Positions 35,516-45,187 of a stretch of DNA of 64,000 nt are shown here, piece by piece (the stretch's first letter is position 1; each line of letters starts with the position of its first letter). The stretch lies in NCBI GenBank assembly GCA_027340875.1, contig DAIENX010000002.1, positions 1 to 64,000 on the forward strand. The letters run 5' to 3'. Made by a program: the position numbers and the translations under genes. The notes under the pieces are model-generated. The model was not told where the DNA came from. It made no database searches and worked only from the letters and a program-made list of their open reading frames with translations. The DNA comes from Elusimicrobiota bacterium. GTDB lineage: Bacteria > Elusimicrobiota > Elusimicrobia > Elusimicrobiales > UBA9959.

Positions 35516-36253
35516 TTAGTAGCACTGACCCTGGTAGGTATAGATCTTCTCGGTCTCGACGGACTTGCCGGTGTAGCTGCCGAGCGTCTGATCGCCCTGC
35601 ACGAACCCGGCGGCCAGGTCGCGCGTGGTGGTCTGGAAGTGGAAGGTCACGTTCTGGTGGCCCCACTGGGTGACCCACTGGGTGTAGCAGTTGGGGACGT
35701 GCGGAGGCTGGCCCTGGAAGTCGGGGGTGTGCACCGCGACCGGGTTGGGCACGGAAGGAGCCTGGCGGCTGCCGATCTCGTCCTGGCCGAGGCCGGCTTC
35801 CAGCGTCTTGGAGGCGGCGGTCTCATTGGACTTAAGGGCGCGGCAGATGGTCTCCGGGCGCTGGTAGGTGCAGGACTCCCAGCCGGACTGGTCGGCGGAG
35901 TTAGTGACGACGGTCTTCATCGTGCCCTTCAGGCCGAAGTTCTGGCCGATCTGGGCGGGGGTGAGGTCGAAGGTCTCGCCGATGTTGATGTTCTTGTCGA
36001 AGCTGATCTTGACCTTGGTGGGCTGGTCGGCGTTCTTGATCTCCAGCGTTATTTCCTTGTTGTTGCCGGACTTGCCGATGACGGCCTTGGTCTGGAACTG
36101 GCCGGGATTGATGGTCACGATCGCGCGGTTCTGGTTGGCGAAGGTCACAGGCGAAGTCAGGTCCAGCATACCGCCGAAGTTGATCTCGTTGCAGCCGACC
36201 AGGACGGCCATCATGGCGGCGATCCCGAGGCTGGATATTATCTTCTTGTTCAT
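35516..36253 (-). CDS. Hypothetical lipoprotein
   Basis: Signal peptide with lipobox LVGC; GGAGAG RBS; beta-rich with four later Cys. Confidence 0.75.
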   Translation of the reverse strand: MNKKIISSLGIAAMMAVLVGCNEINFGGMLDLTSPVTFANQNRAIVTINPGQFQTKAVIGKSGNNKEITLEIKNADQPTKVKISFDKNINIGETFDLTPAQIGQNFGLKGTMKTVVTNSADQSGWESCTYQRPETICRALKSNETAASKTLEAGLGQDEIGSRQAPSVPNPVAVHTPDFQGQPPHVPNCYTQWVTQWGHQNVTFHFQTTTRDLAAGFVQGDQTLGSYTGKSVETEKIYTYQGQCY

Positions 36254-36496
36254 CTTTTAACTCTCCTCATTGCTTACCGTATTCTGCTTCCCCTTAACCC
36301 GATCATCGATCACTGGGGTACCTTCCATTAGACAAAATAGCGCGGACCCTGCATAGCGTCATAGGACCTATGCGCAAGTAGGTAAATGGTCCTATGCCGG
36401 GATAGGACCTTCGGGCAAAGGTTCCCGGCGGCCGGCAACTATCCGAGCGCGGAGAAATAATAGTATCATGAGGCTCTAGGGCAGACCTTCATTAAT

Positions 36497-37663
36497 ATGG
36501 CGACGAAAAGACAAGGCCCCGCATGCGTGGTCTGGGAGCTGACGCTGGCCTGCAACCTCAAATGCCTGCATTGCGGCTCCACCGCGGGAGGGCGCCGCGA
36601 GGCCGAGCTTTCCACGGCCGAGGCGCTCGAGCTCTGTTCCGGCCTTAAGGAGGCCGGCTGCGGCGGCGTGGCCCTTATGGGCGGCGAGCCGCTGTTGAGG
36701 AAGGATTTCCCGGCCATCGCATCCAGGGTGAGGGAGCTGGGCATGGAGCTCTCCGTCATCACCAACGGCACGGTGCGGCCTGACGGGATATTTACCCTGC
36801 TGAAGAGCCTGGGCCCCAGGGCCGTGGCCATAAGCCTGGACGCGGCCGGCCCGGAGCTGCACGACCGGATACGCGGGGTCCCGGGCGCGTTCGCCAAGGC
36901 CTCTTCGTTCATCGAAGACGCGCTGAAAGCCGGCCTGCCGGTCAGCGTTATCACCACGGTGCATAAACTCAACATCTCCGAGCTTCCCGGGCTGCGCGAT
37001 ATAATAAAAGGAAGGGGGATAGCCTGGCAGGTGCAGACCGCCGGCGCGGAAGGCGGCCGTTTCTCGCGCGACCTGCTGCTGGACCAGGAGGAGTTCTATT
37101 CCGTCGGGATGTTCGTGGAATCCTGCCGCCGCGAATATTCCCCGGAGGAGCTCCCGGTCATAGGCGCCCATGACCTCGGCTACCATTCCCTGCTGCTGAA
37201 GAACGTCTCGCTCTACGAGAAATGGGAGGGCTGTCAGGCCGGCGTCTCGGTGGCCGGCATACGCAGCGACGGCGGCGTGCTCGGTTGCCTGGCGGTCAAC
37301 GACGACCGCTTCGTGGAAGGCAGCGTGCGCAGGGAGCCGTTCCAGGCCATCTGGAGCCGGCCCGGCGCGTTCTCCTACGCGAGGGATTTTTCGCCCGGGA
37401 AGCTGGGGGAGAACTGTGCCGGCTGCGGTCACGCCGAGACCTGCCGCGGCGGCTGCAGCGAGATGTCGCTGATGAAGACGGGCCGTCCGCACAACGATCC
37501 CTATTGCTTCCGCGCCATAGAGGACAGGCTGTTCTTCAAAGGTCCCGGAGGGGCCGTCAGGAAGCTCGGCGCCTCTATCGCCGCCGGCCGCGGACGTGCG
37601 CCGTTCGGCCGGCTCGGCCGGATATTCTCGGGGAAAAGGGGGGAGGCCGGTGGAGACAGATAA
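36497..37663 (+). CDS. Radical SAM protein with SPASM domain
   Basis: VWELTLACNLKCLHC; GGEP; SPASM CQAG...GVLGC...CAGCGHAETCRGGC...DPYC. Confidence 0.9.
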   Translation: MATKRQGPACVVWELTLACNLKCLHCGSTAGGRREAELSTAEALELCSGLKEAGCGGVALMGGEPLLRKDFPAIASRVRELGMELSVITNGTVRPDGIFTLLKSLGPRAVAISLDAAGPELHDRIRGVPGAFAKASSFIEDALKAGLPVSVITTVHKLNISELPGLRDIIKGRGIAWQVQTAGAEGGRFSRDLLLDQEEFYSVGMFVESCRREYSPEELPVIGAHDLGYHSLLLKNVSLYEKWEGCQAGVSVAGIRSDGGVLGCLAVNDDRFVEGSVRREPFQAIWSRPGAFSYARDFSPGKLGENCAGCGHAETCRGGCSEMSLMKTGRPHNDPYCFRAIEDRLFFKGPGGAVRKLGASIAAGRGRAPFGRLGRIFSGKRGEAGGDR

Positions 37664-38630
37664 GGGCATACGCCTGAACCTGGGCTGCGGATATAACAGG
37701 CTCGAGGGCTGGCTTAACGCCGACGCCAGTCCGTACTCCGCGGCGGACCGCGTGATGGAGGCCCAGGACCTGGAGTTCGGGGCCTCGTCCGTGGAGGAGG
37801 TGAAGGCCCTGCAGCTCGTGGAGCATCTGGGCTTCTTCAGGACCAAGTATTTCCTGTCGGAATGCTGGCGGGTGCTGAAGCCCGGCGGCCGGCTGACGAT
37901 AGAGACCCCGGACGTCGACGCGGCCTTCAGGGCCTATCTCGCGGGCGGTCACTCCGAGAAGGAGTCAGCGCTGGGCTGGATATTCGGTCCGGAGAGCCCG
38001 GGCATGCATCACCTCTACTGTTTCCCGCGGGAACTGCTGGCCGAGCTGCTCGCGGAGGCCGGCTTCTCCGTGGAAAAGCAGGAGGGCTTCCTGTTCCAGC
38101 CGTCCCGGCCGGCGCTGAGGTTCTCGGCCGTCAAGAAGGAAGGAGAGAAGGCTGCCCTTAATTCCGCCCTGCGCCGCCGCCTGCTGGACAGGGGGTTGGC
38201 CGCGTTCACGCGGGAGGAGGAGAGCGCGGGGCTGGAGCTGGCGGTGCGGAGGCTGGTGGCCGGCGGCGGGAATTCCGCGGCGGAGCTGGAGCAGGCCCTG
38301 ATCAGCGCCCCGGCGGCCCTGGAGTATTTCGCGCTGGTGGAGGAGAACGAGCCGCGTCCGTCGCGCGAGGCGGCGGCCTGCGGCAGGCTGGCTTCCTGGT
38401 CGGCGCAGGGCAGGCTGGCGGCCGCGTTCCTGGAAGGGCTGCGCGGCGGGCTGGACGAGAACGCGGCGTTCTCGGCGGCGGAGTCGCTGGGCCGGCGCCT
38501 GCTCGCGGCCCCCCTGGAGGGCGGCGTCGAGCCGCCCGGGCCAAGGCCCCTGAACGGCGCCCCGGCGGCGTTCACTTTCGGCGCCGTTTCCGCCTGGGCT
38601 TTCCGCGAGAAGGCAGGCGGCAGGCGCTGA
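37650..38630 (+). CDS. Class I SAM-dependent methyltransferase domain with helical C-terminal extension
   Basis: RLNLGCG..GWLNAD; LVEHL; ECWRVLKPGG..IETPD; GTG start after GGAGG overlapping the rSAM stop. Confidence 0.8.
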   Translation: METDKGIRLNLGCGYNRLEGWLNADASPYSAADRVMEAQDLEFGASSVEEVKALQLVEHLGFFRTKYFLSECWRVLKPGGRLTIETPDVDAAFRAYLAGGHSEKESALGWIFGPESPGMHHLYCFPRELLAELLAEAGFSVEKQEGFLFQPSRPALRFSAVKKEGEKAALNSALRRRLLDRGLAAFTREEESAGLELAVRRLVAGGGNSAAELEQALISAPAALEYFALVEENEPRPSREAAACGRLASWSAQGRLAAAFLEGLRGGLDENAAFSAAESLGRRLLAAPLEGGVEPPGPRPLNGAPAAFTFGAVSAWAFREKAGGRR

Positions 38631-38695
38631 GGCGGTTCCCCGCTGGAGAGAAAATTAATAGAATTCTGTCGTATCCTGGAGGTGGAGAGGTGAAT

Positions 38696-39004
38696 ATGAA
38701 GAAACTTTTAGAGCTGGGCGCGAAGACGGGCCTGACCAAGGCCGAAGTGAACCGTGTGGCGAGGTTCGGGCTGCTGGGCCTGCTGGCCGTGGGCCTGGCC
38801 GGCATAGCGGGCTGCTTCAGGGCTCAGAAAGCGGAGGCGCCGCAGAGCGCCGATAAACCGGGCACTCTGCAGGATATAGTCAGCTCGGTGAACAAGAGCA
38901 CCGGCGCCGCGCAGGGCCAGGACAACTGCGGTCCTTACCCGGGCTACCCCTGCGGCACCCGGTATTACACGGTGAGCGTTTCGGATTTCCGGCGGTCAGC
39001 CTGA
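38696..39004 (+). CDS. Small putative lipoprotein with Cys/Tyr/Pro-rich C-terminal motif
   Basis: Strong RBS; hydrophobic segment ending IAGC; C-terminal CGPYPGYPCGTRYY. Confidence 0.65.
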   Translation: MKKLLELGAKTGLTKAEVNRVARFGLLGLLAVGLAGIAGCFRAQKAEAPQSADKPGTLQDIVSSVNKSTGAAQGQDNCGPYPGYPCGTRYYTVSVSDFRRSA

Positions 39005-39933
39005 TGAGGGCCTGGCTGCTTTCCGTTCTTTTCCTGCTCCCGTCGGCGGCGGGCGCTTTCGACTGCCCGGCCGCCGGGGAGAAGCCGGAAGACTGCCCGT
39101 GGGCAGGGGTCGCCAGGCTGGCGGCCGGCGGAGCGGATATCGCGAAGACCCTCCGGGAGCATGCGCCGGGCCTGCTGGCCCAGGTGGACGCCGACAAGGC
39201 CAACGGCCGCCTGCTCGGTCTCTGGGGGGAGAGCATCAACTACGACGAGCTGGCCGAAGGCCAGATCGTAGACCCCGGCATACTTGCTTTCATAGCCGCG
39301 CGCCTGGGCGCCCCCGCGCCGGACGGCAGGATCATGCACGCCGGAGCGGAGCACACCTACGGCTATCTTTTCAGTCTCCTGCCGACGAAGTTCGGCTTTA
39401 AAAGGGCGCGCTGGGTCCGGCCTGACATCGAGGACGGCCTGGGGCTGCCTCGCGGCACGGCGGGACCTTCTCCGTCGTCCGGCACGCTGCTCTCCAACGT
39501 GACCTGCATAGCCGGCGGCATAGCCCTCCGGGACGACCCGCGAGCCTTCGCCTCGCTCAGGGAGGCCGGCGCTTCCTGCGCCCCCGCGGCGCGGCGCTTC
39601 ATCGAGGCCGGGGCCGGGCGCGTCAGGCTCACTGAGGACGTCGGTCTGCCAGGCGGCAGGACGGTCTCGCTGCGCACCGATTTCGTCCGTTTCGCGAAGA
39701 GCTCCGGCACCAACTCGCGCCTGCTGATCTACTCCGTCAAGGATTCCGCCGCGGCCCATGCCTACCTGGTCACGGCCTTCCCCGTAAGCGAGGAATTCGA
39801 GGAGAAGGCCACCGCCCGTTCCGGCCTGGGGACCGATAAGCCGGTGCAGACCCGCTACAACGCCTTCGTCCGCGGCCTGACCGGCGCCGGCAGGTTCAAG
39901 GGCCGGCGAAGCGCGGCTAAACTGGAAAAATGA
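39004..39933 (+). CDS. Secreted hypothetical protein
   Basis: Signal peptide (AGA-F); HAG.EHTYGYLFS motif; translationally coupled on both sides. Confidence 0.7.
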   Translation: MRAWLLSVLFLLPSAAGAFDCPAAGEKPEDCPWAGVARLAAGGADIAKTLREHAPGLLAQVDADKANGRLLGLWGESINYDELAEGQIVDPGILAFIAARLGAPAPDGRIMHAGAEHTYGYLFSLLPTKFGFKRARWVRPDIEDGLGLPRGTAGPSPSSGTLLSNVTCIAGGIALRDDPRAFASLREAGASCAPAARRFIEAGAGRVRLTEDVGLPGGRTVSLRTDFVRFAKSSGTNSRLLIYSVKDSAAAHAYLVTAFPVSEEFEEKATARSGLGTDKPVQTRYNAFVRGLTGAGRFKGRRSAAKLEK

Positions 39934-41417
39934 GGGGACTGCTTCTTCTGCCGCTGCTGGCCGCCCTGTCCGGGTGCGGCGGCTTCTATTCGGTCAGGGT
40001 GCCTTACCGCCTGCCGGCCAGCCCCGCGGCCGTTTCCGCCAGGCCGGCTTTGGGAGCGCTCTATCTGGTGCTGGTCCCTCCCGAAGGGGCGGCGGACAGG
40101 GAGCCCGGCCTTGCCGGCCTGCTCGGCAGACAGGGCCCTGACATGGACCTGCCTGCCCTCGCCGGGGCAGCGGCCGCCGCCATCAGGACCCCTTCGGTAA
40201 AGGTCTGCGCCTGGAACGTGGAAAGGGCCAGCGCATCGGCCGGCGCCTTCGCCTCCCGGTTCAGTCCCACCGGCCTGCTGGAGATATCGCTCTCGAGGCC
40301 GTCCATTTCCTCCGGGAAGGAGGAAAGGAGAGTGACCGTGACGGAGAAGGGGAAGAGCCGTCAGGTCAAGAGCAAGGTCTGGGTGTATACCGCCGTAGTC
40401 GGAGCGGACGTGAGGCTGTTGTCCTGGCCGGACCGGCGGCAGCTGGACAGCTGGTCGGATTCCGAGACGGTGTCCGAGGAGCGGGTGGACGATTCCCGCG
40501 ATCCGGAGGACTGGTATTCCGGGTGGGAGGACCGGCTTTTCAAGGAGCTGGCCGGTAAAGTCGCCGCCAGGTACTCCGGGCGTACCGTGTTCAGGTCGCG
40601 CCCCCTGTTCGCCAAGAACAAGGACAAACTTTCGGAGAAGGCCCTGGCGCTGGCGCGCTCCGGGGACTGGAGCGGCGCCGCGGCCATCTGGCGCGAAAGA
40701 GCCGCCGCCGGCGGCGGCTGGCGCGACTATCTCGGCCTGGCGGTGGCGTCCGAGCTTTCCGGGGACCTTCCTGCCGCCCGCGGCTATTACGACCGCGCCA
40801 GGGCCGCCTCGGGCGGGGGAAAGGCCGCGTCCTCGGTGCGCTGGGAAGAAATATTCGGCGACATCGATTACGCCTCCTCGGCCCCGCCGGAGCGCGCCTG
40901 CGACGATTCCTGGTTCGGGGTGAAGACCGTCCTGCTGCCGTTCTCCGACGAGACCAACAGCGTGGACGGTCCGCCGCTGGTCAGGCAGCTGGTCTACGAC
41001 CGGCTGAGGGAGGCCGGCTACGACCTGGTGCCGCTGGAGGCCGCGGACGAGGCCCTCAGGCGCCGCGGCTACAGCGACGGAGGCCAGCTGGCGGCCGCCA
41101 GGCCGGAGGAGATCGCTGCCTGGCTGGGCGCCGGCCGCCTGATATACTGCGATATCAGCGACTATGGCGAGGTCATAGCCGGCGTATACAACAGGCGCAT
41201 GATAGCCGGCACGGCCAGGATATGGGAGAAAGGGGCGCCGGAAGTCTCCATCCGGGAAAGCGTGATAAAGATAAGCACGCAGAAGAGCCTGCTCGGCGGC
41301 CTCGCCTCACAGCTGGCCAGGGGACTGATGGAGAGGATCGGGAACAAGCCGTTGGGCCTTGAGGCGGGTCTTTTCGCCAGGCAGCTGTCATCCGACCTGC
41401 CGGCCATGTCCAGATAG
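39930..41417 (+). CDS. Lipoprotein with TPR-like segment and C-terminal GNA1162/DUF799-like domain
   Basis: Lipobox LSGC; GDWSGAAAIW...YLGLAVASE (TPR-like); VLLPFSDETNSVDGP. Confidence 0.55.
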   Translation: MRGLLLLPLLAALSGCGGFYSVRVPYRLPASPAAVSARPALGALYLVLVPPEGAADREPGLAGLLGRQGPDMDLPALAGAAAAAIRTPSVKVCAWNVERASASAGAFASRFSPTGLLEISLSRPSISSGKEERRVTVTEKGKSRQVKSKVWVYTAVVGADVRLLSWPDRRQLDSWSDSETVSEERVDDSRDPEDWYSGWEDRLFKELAGKVAARYSGRTVFRSRPLFAKNKDKLSEKALALARSGDWSGAAAIWRERAAAGGGWRDYLGLAVASELSGDLPAARGYYDRARAASGGGKAASSVRWEEIFGDIDYASSAPPERACDDSWFGVKTVLLPFSDETNSVDGPPLVRQLVYDRLREAGYDLVPLEAADEALRRRGYSDGGQLAAARPEEIAAWLGAGRLIYCDISDYGEVIAGVYNRRMIAGTARIWEKGAPEVSIRESVIKISTQKSLLGGLASQLARGLMERIGNKPLGLEAGLFARQLSSDLPAMSR

Positions 41418-41424
41418 GAGCGGT

Positions 41425-42705
41425 TCAGCCGCGCTCGAATACCAGCAGCGTCTCGGCGTGAGGGGTGTTCGGGTAGAAGTCGAAGCCGGCCGAACGGGTC
41501 AGTTTGTATTTCTCCAGGAAGAAGGCCGCATCCCGACCCTGCGTTATCGGGTTGCAGGACAGGTAGATGATCTTCTTCGGCAGTATCTCCATGATGCGCT
41601 TTATGACCTTGTTGTGCAGGCCCGCGCGCGGCGGGTCCAGCACAAGTATGTCCGTGCCGTCGAAGAGGTTCTCCTTTGCCTTTTCGGAAAGCGAGCAGAC
41701 CGTCTCGAAATTCCTCGCGCCGTTGGCCTCGGCGTTCAGCGCCGCGTACTTGGCCGAGCTGCCCGAGGCTTCCACCGCCAGCACCTTGTCGGCCAGGTCG
41801 CGCAGCGTCAGGCCTATAACGCCTACCCCCGAATAGAGGTCCACCAGCTTGCCGCATTTGAAGGCGGCCGCCCTTATCTCCTTCAGCGCCTCCGTGAACA
41901 GCTCGATGTTGTTCTGGAAGAAGCAGTCGAAGCCGTAGGAGAACTTCCCGCCGAGTATCTCCTCGGTGACGAAGTCGTCCCCCCAGGACTTCATGATGCC
42001 GTCCACCTGGCTGACCGAGCTGACGGGGTTGGAATAGATGGCCAGGAAGCCGTTGAGACCCTCCACCTTCATGTCGGGGAGCTGTATATCCTGCCTTTTC
42101 AGGAACAGGGCAGCCACGCGCGAGCCGGGGGTCTTGGCCTCGCGGATTATCAGCGTTTTGAGATCCGCCGTAGAAAGTTTCAGGGAGTTCAATATCTCCA
42201 GTATCCTCTTCGCGGCGGAGTTCGTTTCGGGGCTGATCAGCGCGCAGCCCTCGGGCAGCAGGTACTTCTCCCGGTAGTTGCCGCGCTTGTGGAAGGCGAA
42301 GGAAAGCGAGCCCGGTTCTCCGGTGAAGCTGTACTCTATCTTGGTCCGGTAGCCGTACGTCCTCTCGGCGCCGTAGAACTTGTCCAGCCGTATGGTCTCC
42401 TTCGTGGTCTGGTAGAGGAGGTCCTCTATCAGGGCTTTCTTGGTCTCGCACTGGAAACCGTAGTCCATGACCTGCCACGGTGAACAGCTGAGGTAATGGT
42501 CCTCCTTAGGGGTCACGCGGTTAGGCGAAGGGGTGATTATCTCCAGCAGCTCGGCCTCCGCGAAGTTTCTCTTCTCGAAGGTGGTCCTGACCCGAGCGGT
42601 CTCGCCCGGCAGCACGCCGTAGCAGAAGACCACCTTGCCCTCGCTGCGGCCTAGCGCCTTGCCTTCCCCTACTATCTTCTTGAATTCCAGCGTTATCTCT
42701 CTCAT
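41425..42705 (-). CDS. TRAM-domain RNA (uracil-5)-methyltransferase, RlmD/TrmA family
   Basis: TRAM N-terminus (GVLPGE); FFQNN; DLYSGVG; LDPPRAG; YLSCNP; DFYPNTPHAE. Confidence 0.88.
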   Translation of the reverse strand: MREITLEFKKIVGEGKALGRSEGKVVFCYGVLPGETARVRTTFEKRNFAEAELLEIITPSPNRVTPKEDHYLSCSPWQVMDYGFQCETKKALIEDLLYQTTKETIRLDKFYGAERTYGYRTKIEYSFTGEPGSLSFAFHKRGNYREKYLLPEGCALISPETNSAAKRILEILNSLKLSTADLKTLIIREAKTPGSRVAALFLKRQDIQLPDMKVEGLNGFLAIYSNPVSSVSQVDGIMKSWGDDFVTEEILGGKFSYGFDCFFQNNIELFTEALKEIRAAAFKCGKLVDLYSGVGVIGLTLRDLADKVLAVEASGSSAKYAALNAEANGARNFETVCSLSEKAKENLFDGTDILVLDPPRAGLHNKVIKRIMEILPKKIIYLSCNPITQGRDAAFFLEKYKLTRSAGFDFYPNTPHAETLLVFERG

Positions 42706-42817
42706 CGGTGTCCTGCCTTGCCCTCCCCCGGGCGGACTGCGGGGAGCGGCTGTTGTTCGTGAGGCTCAAAAAACGACGGCTAATATACTACAATACTTGG
42801 GGGGACGGCTCCCAATA

Positions 42818-43996
42818 ATGGACCTGTACAGCGCGCTTATCAAGATCGACATCCAGCGGGCTTCCCGCGGCTTTCTGCTGAGCCTCGCGTCCGCCGCGCT
42901 GGTCCTTAACCTCTCCACCTCGTGGAAGATCTTCGGCGGGGTGCCGCTGCGCGAGGCGGCCTCCCGCTCGCTGATGGCGGTGAATTCCTCTTTCTTCTAC
43001 GATTCCGGCCTCTCGGAGCCAGTGCCGGTGGCGGCCCTGAAGGCCGGCATGCTTACGGGGGCGGACCCGGACCGGGTGGTCAGGGCCGAGGGCCTGGCTG
43101 CCTTAGCGGCGCTGTTCCTGGCTACCCTTTTCGTGCTCTGGAAGCGCTACGGCGATGCGGCCGCGTCGATGGCCGCGCTTTTCCTGGCGGCTAACCCGTA
43201 TGCCGGCTACTACGCGATGCAGGGCGCGTCGCATCTGTACGCCCTTTTCTTCCTCCTGCTCTTCTGGCATTATTTCGACAGCCCGGAAGGCGGAAACCGC
43301 CACGCGGCGTTTGCGGGCGTCGCGGGCGGGCTGGCCTGTCTCAGCAGGCTGGATTCCGCCTGGGCTATGCTGATAATAGCCGCCCTTACCCTGGCGGTGA
43401 GGCGCGGGGGGCTGGACCTGAAGCGGGCTGGCCTTTCATTGGGCCTGGCGCTGCTGCTGTGCCTGCCGTACCTGGCCTGGCAGAAGTCACGGTACGGGAG
43501 TTCCATGTATTCGCAGGAGATATCCCTGAGACGTTGGGATAATGTCGACCGCTTCGGCTATGCCACCGGAGCAAAACGGGAACAGGGCCCGCTCCGGGTG
43601 ACGGAGTTCGTTTTCCGCAACGGCGCCGCCGGTCCGCTGAACGACTCCTTCCGCGGCCTGGGAAGGGCGCTTTCCTATGAACTGCCCAAGACACTTTACT
43701 ACAAGCCGCTGCTGGTGCTGGTCTTTCTCGGCGTATACGCCGGGTTCCTGCGCAAGAAGGACAGGCTTCTTTTCCTGCTGGCGGCGGTGCTGCTGCCGGT
43801 GCTGCCGCTGGCGGCCATCAACGAAGTCCCGTCCAGCGGCGGTATAGAGCTGAGCTATTATCTGCAGACGCTCTGGGCGCTGTGCGCGCTGGCCGGGCTT
43901 GGCCTGCAGGAGACCATGTCCTGGCTAGAGGAGTCCGGCATTAAATGGGCGGCTTCGCTGGCGGAGCGCGAAAGAAAGCACGGGAGGAAAAGGTGA
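42818..43996 (+). CDS. Polytopic membrane protein, GT-C/ArnT-like glycosyltransferase
   Basis: Many TM helices; ALFLAANP; AGGLACLSR; start placed at MDLYS. Confidence 0.5.
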   Translation: MDLYSALIKIDIQRASRGFLLSLASAALVLNLSTSWKIFGGVPLREAASRSLMAVNSSFFYDSGLSEPVPVAALKAGMLTGADPDRVVRAEGLAALAALFLATLFVLWKRYGDAAASMAALFLAANPYAGYYAMQGASHLYALFFLLLFWHYFDSPEGGNRHAAFAGVAGGLACLSRLDSAWAMLIIAALTLAVRRGGLDLKRAGLSLGLALLLCLPYLAWQKSRYGSSMYSQEISLRRWDNVDRFGYATGAKREQGPLRVTEFVFRNGAAGPLNDSFRGLGRALSYELPKTLYYKPLLVLVFLGVYAGFLRKKDRLLFLLAAVLLPVLPLAAINEVPSSGGIELSYYLQTLWALCALAGLGLQETMSWLEESGIKWAASLAERERKHGRKR

Positions 43997-44940
43997 AAAT
44001 TCCAGTAAAGCACAAGTTCATCGCCGTCGTGGCGCTGATGTTCCTGCTCCCGTTCCTGCTGTTGAGCAGGCATTTCGTCTACGGCGAGCGGGAGATCCAG
44101 CAGCGGGACACGGTAGCCTACCTGGAGCTGCGCACCGTCACGGCCGCCTCGATCATCTCGGACGTGCTCAACCTGAACTACAGCCTCAACCGGATAGCGG
44201 GGCCGGAGGTCCAGTCCGGGGCGCAGGCCGTAAAGAAAGAGCTGGCTGCGCGCGTCAAGCAGAACCCTTTCGTCTATTCCGAGCTCGCGCTGCTGTCCGT
44301 TTCCGGTTCCGAGCTCGCCCGGTTCTCCGCGTACAAGGAGCCGGGGCCGCGGCTCGACTACGCCAAGAGCGACGTCTTCGCGGCGGCCAAGAAGACCTCC
44401 TCCCCGGCCGGGGCCGTGGAGTACGGGGAGTATACCCCGCCTGCGCTGGTGCTGACGGAGCCGCTCTACCGCAACGGCACGCCGGCCTATTACGCCGCCG
44501 GCCGTCTGAGCCTCGGCTACCTGGGAGAGGTCGTGCGGACGATGGGCCGCAATTCCCGCGGCAGCTTCGGACTGGTGGACATGGGCGGGCAGGTGATAGC
44601 GGATTCCCAGAGCATGTCCATAGTCCGCCCCGGGCTGAAAGCGCCTCCGGAGGTGCTCAAGATGGTCGCCGTGGCGGCCGGCAGGGAGTCCAGCAGCTTT
44701 TCCGGGGAGGCGAGCTTCCGCGGCAGGACCCTGCTGGCGGCCGTGGCCAACGTCCCCGGCTCTATGTGGTGGGTATATGAGATAGTCGACCCGGCCCGAT
44801 TGCCTGCGCGCACCGGATCGTTCTGGGTCTGGCGGGTGGTGCTGTCCGGCGTGGGGCTGATCATCGCGTTCAGCGTAATAACCTGGATGCTGGCCATGCG
44901 CTGGCTGGCCGGTGGCGATACCGGGTCCGCCGGCTCCTAG
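43993..44940 (+). CDS. Membrane-anchored Cache-like sensor domain protein lacking a cytoplasmic output domain
   Basis: Two TM helices flanking a periplasmic region with LVDMGGQVIAD and WWVY motifs; stop about 13 aa after TM2. Confidence 0.6.
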   Translation: MKIPVKHKFIAVVALMFLLPFLLLSRHFVYGEREIQQRDTVAYLELRTVTAASIISDVLNLNYSLNRIAGPEVQSGAQAVKKELAARVKQNPFVYSELALLSVSGSELARFSAYKEPGPRLDYAKSDVFAAAKKTSSPAGAVEYGEYTPPALVLTEPLYRNGTPAYYAAGRLSLGYLGEVVRTMGRNSRGSFGLVDMGGQVIADSQSMSIVRPGLKAPPEVLKMVAVAAGRESSSFSGEASFRGRTLLAAVANVPGSMWWVYEIVDPARLPARTGSFWVWRVVLSGVGLIIAFSVITWMLAMRWLAGGDTGSAGS

Positions 44941-45106
44941 GAGCCTGTCCGGCATAAGGCTTTCATGCGTGAAATTGACGATTTTGTTGACGAGCCGAAG
45001 CGACGCGAGGCGAGCATCCTCGAAGAGAGGCTGTGAGCAGAGCGGCGCAAAGGCGCAGGCCAAAAGCGGAAATTGCAGGCGAAATTGCTTATGTCGGACC
45101 GGCTCC
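44940..45106. mobile_element. MITE-like non-autonomous element (167 bp)
   Basis: 19-bp terminal inverted repeats GGAGCCTGTCCGGCATAAG / CTTATGTCGGACCGGCTCC (2 mismatches), with TA on both flanks; no transposase. Confidence 0.7.
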
Positions 45107-45187
45107 TAAGGGCGTTTTTCCGGCCCATGTGCTATAATTGAACCGTGAGGGCGCCCGCCGCGCAGGCCGCGGGCCGATAAACAGGTC

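Noticed and set aside
45145..45180. Possible leaderless 11-codon uORF (GTG AGG GCG ... TAA) before the GH13 gene
   Set aside because: Too short and lacking independent support; it may simply be the 5' UTR
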